A DNA stretch of 63,990 nt, filler included, from Craspedostauros australis (lineage: Eukaryota): the NCBI GenBank assembly GCA_030167865.1. It is 23 parts of 23 records of this genome, joined end to end, with 100 filler letters (N's around TTAATTAATTAA, not from the genome) between each part and the next. Parts side by side here need not be neighbours in the genome. Positions count along the whole stretch, not along the records: positions 41,057 to 50,171 come from JALAGF010003089.1; positions 50,272 to 51,420 come from JALAGF010003091.1; positions 51,521 to 52,731 come from JALAGF010003092.1; positions 52,832 to 61,253 come from JALAGF010003093.1; positions 61,354 to 62,564 come from JALAGF010003094.1; 18 more parts are not named here. One strand, 5' to 3'. The position numbers and the translations under genes were made by a program. The notes beneath the pieces are model-generated. The model had not been told where the DNA came from. It saw nothing but the letters and a program-made list of their open reading frames with translations, and did not search any database. Below are positions 48,544-61,435 of this stretch, piece by piece (the first letter of the stretch is position 1; each line of letters starts with the position of its first letter).

Positions 48544-49377
48544 TTACTTCATATCGGCAAGGACCTTGCCGAGCTGCTCGTCGCTGTCCAACATGTTGTA
48601 GAAGGCGTCGGTCTCGATGTACTTGTCGAATTCGGGGGAGTCCACGGATGGGATTCCGCTGGTGGCAACATCGGCGACGGGTGTGGCAACGGCGACGACC
48701 GGGGCGGCCTCTGGCTTCTTGCCGCCGATGGCGCTCGAGATCTTGTAGAGACCGAAGAGGCCGACGTAGCCTCCCATGATGGCGAGCGCCACTGCACCAT
48801 GCATGACGCATATATAACATATTGGATGATGCAGTCCGTGGTATTGCATGTTGTTTGATTTTGTTTGGGGATGTTTAGCATCATTCAGAGAGTGTATTCG
48901 AATGTTCGATGAGATAGATGAGGGCGTTAGGTCAGTTCAGAGTAGTTTAGTTCAACGAAGCTAAGCATCATCTTTGCATTCTTCAGCGACGATCCCTGAC
49001 ACCTCAAGTGCGATCTCCAGCGGAATAAAGCCAGCCAAAGGTATGAAAACTCGATGGAGCACATCCCTCCAACCCCACCCAAACAGCACACGAGCAAGAC
49101 CATGCGTGCGCCAAGCAATGAACAGATTCGAAAATCTCGTTGTCTTTTTTCCATGAACACACCCAGACACACGAAAACGTGCCAATCACAGGAACCAAGA
49201 AATCAGGATGATGCAACACTCACGCTGGTGATCGCCTGGGAAGTAGGAACGGACGACCTTGTCAACGCCTTCCCATTCCTGGGTGGATCCACCTCCCATG
49301 CAGCGCTTCTGCTGCATCTGCTTGGCGAGCATCATTGTGCGGCGGCGTGCCACGGAGGAAGCAACGGAAAGGACCAT
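48544..49377 (-). CDS. Small mitochondrial single-pass membrane protein, probable ATP synthase subunit k (DAPIT-like), 133 aa
   Basis: Exon 1 is 49377-49224, then a GTGAGT...GCAG phase-1 intron, then exon 2 at 48791-48544. It has an Arg-rich presequence, WEGVDKVVRSYFPGDHQ, one TM helix (LALAIMGGYVGLFGLY) and IPSVDSPEF. Confidence 0.6.
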
Positions 49378-49997
49378 GGTGATTGATTTGCTGTGTTGGG
49401 TTGTGTGCTGTAGGCTGCGTGTGTCTGTGTCTCTGTGTGTCTGCGCGTGTTCGCTCGTTGTTGGCTGTTGTCGTGGGTGCCTTTGTCGTTGTTGCGGTTG
49501 TTCTTGTTGTTGGTGCTGTTTGTGTGGCCAAATTGACGTGGCGTGTGTGTGTTTTAACGTTGCTGTTGGTGCATCGCGGTCGATGCAATCCAGTCACGCT
49601 TTATCGTGTATGAACAAGTCGTTTCTGTGTTTGTGTGTGTTCGCGTGACGTGTACTCGTGATTCATTCTTGCTTCGACTCCTGCCTTCAAACCAATGACA
49701 GATGCACTCGTGACCCGTCTCGTTGTCAGTCTGAAGAAAACGTGCCTTCCTGTCTTCTCAGACAGACAGAAACAAGTACCAGACAAATGGAAAGACTGAC
49801 AAGAAGGTGTGAGGCGAATGACAGACGCTTCAAAAGAACATGTTCCAATGGAGGTGTTTGCGTGGCTCATAATTTCATAATATCTGCTTCTAAGCCAATC
49901 AGATCACTCCATTATGAACACAAGATACCTTTCGAACAGGGGGTGACCAGGACCGAAACGATCGTATAACGTCAATCGAAAAAATTATGAAATCCAG

Positions 49998-50043
49998 GAG
50001 TTGAGTTATGAACGCCCCAAAAAGAGCGTTCATAACTCAACTC
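49998..50043. repeat. Perfect 18-bp inverted repeat with a 10-nt loop
   Basis: GAGTTGAGTTATGAACGC-cccaaaaaga-GCGTTCATAACTCAACTC. Confidence 0.9.
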
Positions 50044-50271
50044 TCGCTTTTCGTCGAGATCTCATCTCGTGCCTTCCTCTCAAATCCCTCCTCCAACGGC
50101 AATTTGGGAGTTTTTTTGTGATTTCCTCCCTCGCATGCGTTGGCATCAGTTTTCATAACCTCTGTTGTGCANNNNNNNNNNNNNNNNNNNNNNNNNNNNN
50201 NNNNNNNNNNNNNNNTTAATTAATTAANNNNNNNNNNNNNNNNNNNNNNNNNNNNNNNNNNNNNNNNNNNN

Positions 50272-51420
50272 CAACAAATAGAGGCATGGCCTGTGGGCAG
50301 CAGCTGCAAGCACTGCCACTGCCATTGCCAATTCTTTGACAGCAATCCACCATACACCGATTCACTTCGAACATTCGGAGAGGTGGTTGTTGTGAAGACC
50401 ACCTATGGCGGGATCTCTGCCAAGCTCAAGAATAGAGGAGAAGAGATGGTGTTCATCGGATATGCACACCAACATGCATCAGGAGTGTACAACATGTACA
50501 GACCATCGACCAAGTCACTGGTCTGTTCCTGNNNNNNNNNNNNNNNNNNNNNNNNNNNNNNNNNNNNNNNNNNNNNNNNNNNNNNNNNNNNNNNNNNNNN
50601 NNNNNNNNNNNNNNNNAACGCAGATAGCTTCACAACCATTGGACGGAAGGGAGCAACGCCAAGGACGGCAATGCATCAAATGACAGAACCAAGGAGAGTA
50701 TCCTTTGCCAACACAAACAAGTATCACATCCTATCGGACAGCAATGATGAGGACGAGGAAGCAGTGACCCAACTGCTCGAGAACGAGGAAGATCGGAGCG
50801 AGTCCGACCCTGAGGATGACGAGATCCTACCATCCGGCGACGAAGCCGACGATGACAAGGGCATCACTCCTCTGAACACACCAGCGAGGCCTGCGCGTGG
50901 TACACCATCAAGACCTCCACCAACCAAACCAAGCAAGCGTGACATAGACAGAAAGGAGAGACTCATGTGTCACAAAGCAAGAGGCAGGAAGGGACAGAAC
51001 AATCCCAAGGCAACTGCAGGGAAGAAGATTCCCAAAGCACTGTGCGCGCTCGCAGGCAACAACAGACCAGGTCAAAAGGAACGAGGTGATGAGAACGAAT
51101 CATCATCAAACAAGGAGAGCAACAAACTCAGCGATGAGTTAGCTGACGAACTGAGTGATGACAACGAGAACACAGACAATGAGGAAATCATAGACGAAAT
51201 AGAAGAGACAGAGGTTATCCATCACAGCACCAACAGACTACACGGGATGAATGCAATCGTCGCCGAGATACCAGCGATTGACATCGGACTGTCGCTTCAG
51301 GACCAGAACGAAGAATCCGAGAAGCACATCGAACCAACTACGTTCGATGGGGCATTCAACCATCCGGATCCCATCCATCGAAAGGGATACCGAGCAGCCA
51401 TCAAGAAAGATTTCAGCTCC
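50272..51420 (+). mobile_element. Copia pol fragment: post-integrase SH3-like region through the start of RT
   Basis: LRTFGEVVVVK...KLKNRGEEMVFIGYA...YNMY, an acidic linker, then EPTTFDGAFNHPDP...AAIKKDF. Confidence 0.88.
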
Positions 51421-54125
51421 NNNNNNNNNNNNNNNNNNNNNNNNNNNNNNNNNNNNNNNNNNNNTTAATTAATTAANNNNNNNNNNNNNNNNNNNNNNNN
51501 NNNNNNNNNNNNNNNNNNNNACAACAACAACACAAAGAGAGGAGCAACCATCCCAAACCACAACGCAGAGAGCTTTGCATTCTCCCTGGAAGAGATGGTG
51601 CCACCAACGAGAAAACAACAGAAACAGAAACAAACAAGGAGAGGGCTGATCAAGTACCTCATTAGCGATATTTCAGTAGTAGCAAAACAGCACGATGGGT
51701 GCAAGAAACTGTTCAGCTTCTTTGTTGCATTTTAGTCTTGCCGATTCCGACAGATAAAGTTGGATTTTCGCCTTTTCCGACAACTCCAAGGGAGAGTTTG
51801 TCGAACCGTGATCATGTTCGTATTCGGAAGGTGCTGTTCCGACATCACACAACAGCAAAGTGAGAATATTCGTTCTCCACTCGCAGATACTCGTGCTCCT
51901 CCGTTCGACAGTACTCACGAAGAACGTACCAACTGTGACACCAAAAACAAGAGCGCAGACAAACCTCCGCACCACATCAGCGTCATCAGTGTTGGTGACG
52001 TTGGTGTCTGCAAAAAGGTATCTTTGGATCTCGCCAAGAGAGGATCCACCCCATTGACAACGCACGAACACGCAAGGGATCGCAAGATGCTTCTTGTTCT
52101 GGTCTGTTCTGGTCTCATCCCGAGCAGAGCACTCTCTCTATCCTTCGATCTACGATGGTGGTATCGAAAGGATTGCTTTACTGGTGCGAAAACGTGCGAC
52201 ACACCAACCTTACATGATGCGTTGGCGGAAGCGCTGCAGTCAATACACGTTTTCACTCTACTCGTCCTCGTCCGATTCCGGATGGTCCAGCTGATCCATC
52301 ACCTCATTGTCGCACCTTCGATCCACAACAACCATCGGCACGACAGCTCCCACTCCATGACGTGGTCGCCACCGCCATCAATTGCGGTGCATCAATGAAC
52401 GAACCCGACAGGCTCTGCAAGCTCCACAGATCGACCACTCTACTCTGCATCAGTCTCTTTGTCTTTCAGACGCAACATCAACACTCCATGCCTTTGCAAG
52501 TATGGTCACATGGCACACACATTCACAACTGTGGAGGACAACAATTGCAGAGGACAACTGCGACATGATGTGGCCTGTGTACATCAGTACAAGAGCAAAG
52601 TGTGATGTGCAATCATATTAGTACGTACAAGCATCGTACTCGTACTCTCCAGAGACCATGGTGCTCAACTCTACCATTCTACTCCAGCATCCTGCTGTGC
52701 TCTCTTCGGGACACAGGTTGTGTGTCTCTTCNNNNNNNNNNNNNNNNNNNNNNNNNNNNNNNNNNNNNNNNNNNNTTAATTAATTAANNNNNNNNNNNNN
52801 NNNNNNNNNNNNNNNNNNNNNNNNNNNNNNNTAGATCTGAAATGAGGACAAGGCCGCAATAAAGAGTAGGCATATGGAGGGAAGGCAGTGTGTGCTGATT
52901 GGGACATGGACAAAGCTCAGCGTCACGGACCACGAACGACGCTAGAACCGAGAACAAGACAGTGTGAAAGTCAAGCTGGGGGTCAAGATCTGGATTACCC
53001 ACTAACCCACAACTCTGAATTTTGACAACTGATCCATGGCCCAGATGAATCAGCATCCTTGGCAGGCCTACCGCTGCAACGCAATCCTCAACATTTCTTC
53101 GAAACCAACCGCCTCACCAACGCGAAATGTGAGTGTGTCGATGATGGGCACGACTGGACATCAAATTGAAGCACGACTGGCGTTTCCAAACCCAAATGCA
53201 CGTCTACGTCCGCATGCCCGACGTGTGTAGAAATAGACTAATGCGAAAAATATAAACTTTTGAAATACAAGGATCAGGAGCGTGTTACTTCACACATATA
53301 CTCTTTACATAATTATAGGATGAACGAGGCCCTCAAATTAAAAATCGGCACGATAATACCTTTGTATCCTGAATGGGGTCATACAATCGAACCCAATCTC
53401 GTTGTGCGCCGTTCCAGTTGTTCGTTTTCCGCAATTTCTGCCTCTTTGTTCGTCAATGCCCGTCTCGTGTTCGTGTTTCTCTCCGGTGTCCGCGAACAAG
53501 TAACAACCGTGTGTTTAAGATCCTCGACTGAAGCGATTGGACTCATCATTGTTGGACTACTCCGATACATGCAAAAGCACAATCCAAGCCTGCGGTAGAT
53601 GAACAGACCTTGCCCCTCTGGCATTCCGCAGATCCGCCACAACCACCAAAAAACGCGTGAATCAAACCAACAAGATGGCTTTGGTGTTGGCGACGATGGC
53701 GCGATGAGCCGACATCGGAAGGAACCTCCAAATCACCATTTCGGCCTCCATCTTATGAATCGCCTCGTCCATCACCTCGTCCATCATCCAGAAGCATCAT
53801 CAGAAACAAACCGCATCTAAACACATCGAGTGCACCAATACCTGCATACCTACATACCTACATACATACTCCACCAATACTCACGTCTCTCCTCAGTAGT
53901 ACCACTCTCAGCTGCTGGATCTCCGGCTCTCCGTCATCTTTCTCTGCAACAAGCGGGCTACCCAAAGAACCACCAAGATCGAGCCATCCGCAGGTCGAAC
54001 AGAATCGATCGTCTCCGCAAATCGCAACAAAACAAAGGCAAGCTCATCATCACGTAGCACGCACATAGCACGCACATAGCGCATACATAGCAAACACAAA
54101 GCACAACGAAAGATCGAACCGCACC

Positions 54126-54902
54126 ATGAAGCTCGTAAAATTCCTTCAGAAACTGAACAGAGAACAAGTGACAATCGAACTAAAGAATGGATCGGTCGTC
54201 CAAGGCACCGTCGTTGGTGTCGATGCCACCATGAATTGCCATCTCAAGAAGGCCAAGGTCACAGTGTGAGTTGCGCAACTTTACAATCGTATCATCGCAT
54301 GCATGGACGCATCATGCATGCATATATATGCATGCGTGTGCATTTGTGAGCACGCTTGTGAGCACTCTTGTGATCGCCATGGATGGCGTTGCGTCCCGTC
54401 AACTTGCATTGTATCATATGTATTAGAGTACACGATATTGCATTGGACGTCCCTGCTACGCCCGTTCCAACCAACGTCTCATCCATTCAAATTCTTGCAC
54501 TCCATCTCACTTCGTGCCATCATCTGTTTGTCATATCTCCACCAACGTACCCTTGCCACGAACATGCCCCATACTTCACATACTCTTTTCGGTGTTTGGG
54601 TATGATGGCGCACTTACGCTCCAAATCTCCAAATCCATCGGATTGCCCACCGATCAATCAATCGATCCATCAATCCACCCACCCACCAAACGCGCAGTCG
54701 CGGGAAGAATCCAGTCTCCTTTGCCACCCTGTCCGTGCGTGGATCCACCATGCGATGCTGGCTGCTTCCCGAAAGTTTGAATTTGGATGCCTTGCTTGTC
54801 GATGACACACCGAAGAAGACACTAGCTCCAAAGTCGGCTGCAGTGGGAGGCGCCATGGGAAGAGGTCGCGGTGCACGTGGACGTGGCCGTGGACGGAGGT
54901 AA
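54126..54902 (+). CDS. SmD1: Small nuclear ribonucleoprotein Sm D1, 114 aa (absent from the ORF track)
   Basis: Exon 1 is 54126-54265 ([41 protein letters not shown]), then a phase-2 intron at 54266-54697, then exon 2 at 54698-54902 (LSVRGS...[14 protein letters not shown]...GRGRG tail). Confidence 0.96.
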
Positions 54903-55187
54903 ACCCCCAGCCTGCCTTCCATACTCGTACGTTTGGTCCGCGTACTCGTCCGCCACAGAAGTAATATTAGAGAATATCGTTTTTATGCAACAGTAACGCT
55001 TGCCAGTAGAGGGATTCTGTTTGCGTGCGCAGGTACTGCTACGACTATAGTCTAGTCCGAGTGCATGCGAGCCAGTACTCTGCGATTATCCTTGTATATT
55101 ACGATGCTCTGCTCGCAGAGTATGCTGCTGCGCCTCTTTTCTCTCCACCACTACTCGGACCAACAGAGAAAAGGCAAAACACCGTCG

Positions 55188-58181
55188 TTACAGCTCGTTC
55201 TTGCTCTCGTCGCGAACTTTCTCGGCCTTGGCCTCCTTCTCGAGGAGGTCAGCATCGGTGTCGGGGTGGAAGTCGAAGTCCTTGGCCACATGACCTTCCT
55301 TGTCCTTCAGTGCCTCGTCAGCGCCGTTCTTCAACAGAGTGGTAATGAGCACTTCGTGGCTTTCCAGGGCATCCTTGATGATCGGCCCTGTGCCGTTGTC
55401 ATCGGCGTCAGCATCCGAGTCGTTCTCCTGCTCGGCTTCCAGCAGGTACTGGTTGTATCGCTCCCACAGCGTCTCCACCTGATTCTTGCCGTTGTATGCA
55501 AACATCAGAGCCGTGTGACCATCAGTGTTTTGCTCGTTGACCTTCGCGTCGTTTTGCAGGAGCAGCAGGACGACCTCGGTGTGCCCTCTGGCAGAAGCGG
55601 CCATCAGGGAGTTGGTGCCGTCCTTGTCTTTGGCATCCACGTCAGCGCCTGCTGTCAGAAGCATCGAAACGCATTCGTGATGACCCTCCGACGATGCTGC
55701 GATGAGCGGTGTGATGCCATCTTCGCTGGCAAGGTTCAGGAAGTCGCCGCCCTTCTTGTTGGCCGCGAGCAAGGCCTTGACAACGTCTTTGAGGCCACGG
55801 TGACTGGCCTGCAGCAACGTGGAGACCTTCTTTTCGTCGGCGTGGGAAATGTCAGCACCCTTCTCGATCAGCTTGACTGCAAACTCGTCGTTCTCCACCA
55901 TGATGGCATCGAAGAGGAGGTTGTGGCTTTCCCCATCCTCGTCAACGTATGGGATGTTGGGATCTGAGCCGCTGGCAGCCAGCAGATCGGCAACCTCGCC
56001 GTGGTTGCCTTGCACGGCAAGCACGAGTGCTGATCGCTTCTCATCGTCCAGCACCGACACGTCCGCACCGGAATCGACCAAAAGCTGGACCATCTCGAAG
56101 TGTCCAGCCTGTGCTGCCACGTGCAGAGCCGTGACGCCCTCCACATGTGGATCCTCCTCCTGCACCTGGCCTTCTTCGATCATCTTCTTGAGCTTATCCA
56201 AGTATCCTGGTCGCGAACGGGCGATCTCCTTGATGTCTGCACCAAGGGCCATGAGCTTCTTTGCGGCATCCACATGACCGCCAGCTGCGGCGAACATCAC
56301 GGCGCTGCCACCCGAGTCGGCCAGCAGGTTGATGTGCTTCGTTAGCTCGTCATCGGACATGGTTTTGCGAAGGGCATCCACGATGATGTCCTGGGCATCG
56401 ACCTCTCCCTGCGCCGCGATGGCCATCAGCGGGGTGACACCATCATCATCGATAAAGTTCACTTCTGCGCCATGCTCGATGAGAATCTTCACGGCATCGG
56501 CCATGCCACCAGTTGCTGCCTCCAGCAACGCAGTGCCGCCGTTGGTGTGTTTGGTGTCGATTTGCGCCTTGCCCTTCGTGATGAGGATCTTCATGACGTC
56601 GGCGTGGTTGGATGCGGCAGCGTACATGAGCGCGGTCACCTTGATATCGTGCACGGCATCGACGTCGGCACCAGATTCGAGAAGGAATTCGACGACATCG
56701 GCATGGCCGTGCGCTGAGGCGATGATGAGGGCGTTGAAGCCGCTGGCAGACATGAGGTTGATGTACGACTCGTCCGTCGTCTTCGCAACAAGAATCTTGA
56801 TGGTTGCCAAGTCGCCCTTCTCGGCTGCATTCATGAGCGGCGTCAGGCCGTCCCCGTCCTTGACGGCGGCGTCGGCACCATTCTCTAAAAGAACAGACAC
56901 GGCATCAACGTGGCCACCGGCGCTTGCGGTTGAAACGGCGGCAACGCCATCCACCCGCGTGTTGGTGGCATCCGCACCCTTGTCGATCAGGATCTGCAAA
57001 ACATCTGCACGACCACCACTTCCTGCCAACCACAGTGCTGTGACGCCAGATTCAGCCGTTGCGTCGACTTCGGCACCATTCTCGATCAGGTAATCCACTA
57101 TCTTTGTATGTCCCATGATACTCGCTTCCATGAGCGCCGTGATGCCATCCTTGTCCTTGGCGTTGACATCGATCCCGGCTTCGACAAGGATCTTGCAAAT
57201 GTCCAGGTCGCCAGATGACGCGGCCGGGATCAATGCAGTCAGATCATCCCAGTCACGCACGTTGACATCAATACCATCCTTGAGGAGCTGCGCAACTGCG
57301 GACTGGTCTCCGTCGCTGGCGGCACCGATCAGTTTCGCGCCGTCCGAGTTCATGGTTTCGATATCAGCGGCGGAGGCGAATTGGAGCTGCAGCGCTGTGT
57401 AGCCCACTTCCGTGCTGTCGCATGGCACGACGATGGCCTTGGTGGAGTCTTTCTCGCGTGCGAGACAGAACTTTCCATCTCCCTCCGTGAGGACGTAGCC
57501 CTGTTCATTGTCACCCAGGATGTTCCAGTTTTTGGCGCCGCAATGCGAGCACTTGGCGAGCTTGGCTTCCGTGGTGGAATCGGTGCACGACTTTTTGGAG
57601 ATGCAGAGGCCGTCGCCATCGGTTCCGCTGTCGTCCTCCGTGCCTTCGCCTTCCACTCGTTTCCGGATTTGGTAGCTGCCTGTGCCGCAGGTCAGCGGGC
57701 GTCGGAGGGTTGAATATAATGTGTTGTGTGAAGTGTTGTGTGATGAAATGAAATCATCAGATGCAGAGATGAGTGTACAGCATCAAAGGGCATTGGATCG
57801 GAGTTCGAGTTCGAATTCGAGTGCAAGGACGAGTGCGAACATTGTGTTATGGCACGACATGGTATGGCACGACATGGTATGGCACGACATGGTATGGCAC
57901 GACATGGTATGGCACGACATGGCATGGCACGACATGGAATCTTGTCAGACTGCGTCATGCTGAATTGCGCTGTGCGCCGTACCTGGTGTTCCCGAGACGT
58001 AGAAGAGAGTGTCGATGGAGCAACGCTGAAAGGCTTCGCCGCCCAAGCATTGTTGGTCAGTTGTGTCGATCAAGAAGAATGGCGGACCGTTGCTGTCTTC
58101 TGCTTTTGCAGCGACCGCTGCCATCGTCGTCGATGTTGTCACGGCTGCCAGAGCGGCAGTGGCAATGCAGCCGAACTTCAT
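55188..58181 (-). CDS. Secretory-pathway ankyrin-repeat protein, 896 aa: signal peptide, Cys-rich ricin-B-like domain, more than 15 ankyrin repeats, C-terminal KNEL
   Basis: Exon 1 is 58181-57983 (MKFGCIATAALAAV...), then a GTACGG...CACAG phase-1 intron at 57982-57680, then exon 2 at 57679-55188. It has repeated G.TALM.A...GH motifs and ends SKNEL. Confidence 0.9.
57849..57937. repeat. Intronic 15-bp minisatellite ATGGCACGACATGGT, about 6 copies
   Basis: Direct tandem copies inside the intron at 57680-57982. Confidence 0.93.
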
Positions 58182-58991
58182 TGTGTTGCGTGGTTGCGTG
58201 GTTGCGTGGTTGCTTGTATGTGTCTGTCTTGCGATGTGGCCGTGCGACTGCTTCGCTGCTTCACTATGTGGTTGTCTGGTTGTGTATCAGGATGTGATGC
58301 GCGGAAAGCACGATGATGTGTGTTATTGTGATCAAGATGGAGGTGGGTTGTTGCAAATTGGTGCGATGTCGGTGCCAACGATTGTCGGTGCCAGCGATTG
58401 CTGGATCTGTCGGGTTGTCCGTGCCAACCCTCACTTCTCGCACCCATCATGACAACAGAGACAGAGAGCGGAATGATCCATCGCGAACATGATGGAGATG
58501 TCGTGGATCTTTCACGTGGAATCTGGGGTTCTCGAAGCGACCGTTGGTACCGGCCATGCGGCCAGACGGAGCACACCACCCATCAACCTTCTCACAGAAT
58601 CGTCGAAAAAACAGAAATTCTGTCCAGTACAACCTCCACATCAGATCATGGATGTTGCATGTTGCACGTTGCGTGCTGCATGTCACATCCCTCATCACAT
58701 CCCGACGCGTGACGCAAGAGAGGAGCCAACAAAGGAAGGGAAAGGATCCATCGGTTGGTCAATCGGACAAGAACACAATCACACACCTTGTCTCTCTCTC
58801 TCTCCCTCTCTCGTTCTGTTGAGACAAACACCACCAAGAGAGAAGCATCTCCAGAACATCAAACTCCCGCCATACGATCAATGCATGTACGACTAGAGAT
58901 ACTCGTACTCGTAGGATACTCAACCAAAGACGCTTGCATCCACATCCACAATCACAATTCCATAAATTGAACCACACAAGACAGAAATGAG

Positions 58992-60514
58992 ATGATCGAG
59001 TACAAGCTCTTCTTCCTCCTTACCATCACAATCGCGTTCTCCACAACGCATTCCTGCGCAGGTTGGGTGAACGGCGGCACAAGCATTCGTACGAGTGTCG
59101 ATGCCCGCGCCAACAGCGGCAGCTCTGGGATCCAAATTCAGAGGGAACGATGGTGCGTACGCGATTTCGCAAAAACAAATTCTGCTTCGCAGCAGCGGCA
59201 GCGAGAACAACAGCAACAACAGCAACAACATTGGGAACGAAGAGGTTGCTGACATCCAACGAACCAAGGACAACCTCCAGATGATTGAATGCGATCGTCA
59301 CATCTTTGAGGAACACGGCATGATGTGCCTCATCGTGACGATGTGCAACGGAACCCTCCTAAATCTGCTGTTGTGCTCCGATATGTAGAGGATTGGAGCA
59401 TCATCTTACGAGTGGCGCAAGTCCAAGCACCGACTCTTGCTGCAAAGTATTATATCCTTGCATCATGTTCCCCATGACCCTTTTCTCACAATACTGCTCC
59501 ATCCTTTCTTCTCTGCCACTACGAATTGCATATCATTGTATTCCATCACATGTCCATGGCGAATTTCACAACACATTATGAACATCGCATTTCTCACTCC
59601 ATGCCCGTGTCCACGTCTGGTTGACGCCCTTGCAGTTCTCTCTTTGGTCAGATCCGCTCCAACACAGTTGCTATGCGTGGCAAGGATGATGACATGCTGG
59701 AGTTCATTGAACGAATTCCTCGTAAGTTTTCAGTTTTCGCATTGGCTGTGGCCATCATGGTGGATTTCTTTGGTTCCATCCAGTTTACATAGGCGTGGTT
59801 ACAGTTATGGCTGTGGATAGAGATATGACAAATCAACAAGCATGTGACATCATGGAGAGTTGGAGGTGCTGGGCCGGACAATCCTGTTGCGTCTACATCA
59901 TGCATCAACTCGTCTCACCGCGTCTCACACGTCCACTCTGCGTTGTTCCTGTGACTGTTGCTGTTACTGTGACCGTGACGATCATATTAACTGCTCTGAT
60001 GTGTGACACCACAACAGAAAACTCCGTTGGCGATGAGCAAGCAGGAGTCCCCCCGGAACAGGATGAATTGGCAGACATGGTCCGTTGCATCGTCGAGGCT
60101 GGGGATTTGCGAAAGGCAGAAGACATCATCGCCATGCGAGTTTCCGCAATTAGCACGCTCACCAGCTTTATCGTCATCTTGTCAGGTAACTCTCGTCCGC
60201 AGAACAGCGCCATCACAGCTGCCATCCAGAACGCCATGAGCGAGACCTACGACCTCCTACCAGGCAGCACGGGCGTCCCAGAAGGTTCGGCAGAGTCCGG
60301 ATGGATGGTGCTGGATTATGGCAGCATCATCGCCCACGTCATGACGCCAAAGTCCAGGCTGTTTTACAACGTGGAAGGTAAATTCAGAGACGAGGGAGGC
60401 GAATACATGGACCTCTCCTCCGTCATCCTGCCAAACGCACCAGAGGATGTCGTTGGCGGCGCTGCCGCTGGCACGGACTTCCAACAGCCTGAGGATGACC
60501 CATTCTGGAGTTAA
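58992..60514 (+). CDS. rsfS: Plastid-targeted ribosome silencing factor RsfS/Iojap, 247 aa
   Basis: Exons 58992-59152, 59636-59721 and 60018-60514 are all GT-AG and phase-consistent. The signal peptide ends CAG-W (ASAFAP-type). Motifs are RKAEDI, SGNSRPQ, EG...SGWMVLDYGSIIAHVM...RLFYNVE. Confidence 0.9.
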
Positions 60515-61353
60515 GGACAACAACGCAATAATATTGAGCGAGGGATTGTGCGAGCATGTCACTCCAACGCAAGAGTAGTATTGGCAAGTCCTGTATTATT
60601 CTATCTTCGATCATATCATATCCCACTCTCCTTGCATTATTGCAAGCAGCGCATTTGTTACATTTTGGTGTTGACGTGAATGTAGGCAGACATGTTGTTG
60701 CGCTGGTACGGACTTGATGGGTGAGACCAGACTCTCCCAATACTCTTGAGCACTCGGATGCCTGTTTGCTGCTTTTCCCTGTTTGTTGATTCAGTTTCAG
60801 TTGTATTGTGCAATATTGTATACCATAATATACCACAATATGATATTCTATGATACAATACTGGTCAGAAGAGTTGCGAGGATTCTATCCCTTCATGACC
60901 CAGGGCCTATAGTGAATCCAAATAGCAAAAAAATTTCACGGATTCTCCATTTTGACGTCGACGTTTACGTGTAACATATCATTTTCTTCATACCTGAAGA
61001 AAGCTTGAGAGATGGGCGATCCAGCCATGTGTCGCTTTCGATAGGGTTGTTAGGATGCTTGTGTCGCAATCAGAGCCTGAACTACTCGTGAATCGTTTTT
61101 TGGCCAGCGGGACTGTCGCAAAAATTGATTCGGCGAGCCCGTCCCTCCCAATTTTGGTCTCTCCATCCTATTTTTGTCGTCACATCTCCCCTTCCCATCA
61201 CATCATAAAATCAAAAGATCACAACATCACAACATCACATCATCACATCACCANNNNNNNNNNNNNNNNNNNNNNNNNNNNNNNNNNNNNNNNNNNNTTA
61301 ATTAATTAANNNNNNNNNNNNNNNNNNNNNNNNNNNNNNNNNNNNNNNNNNNN

Positions 61354-61435
<82 letters not shown>

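Noticed and set aside
51521..53820. Fragmentary protein-like stretches on the minus strand
   Set aside because: They contain multiple stops, span a linker and match no identifiable family.
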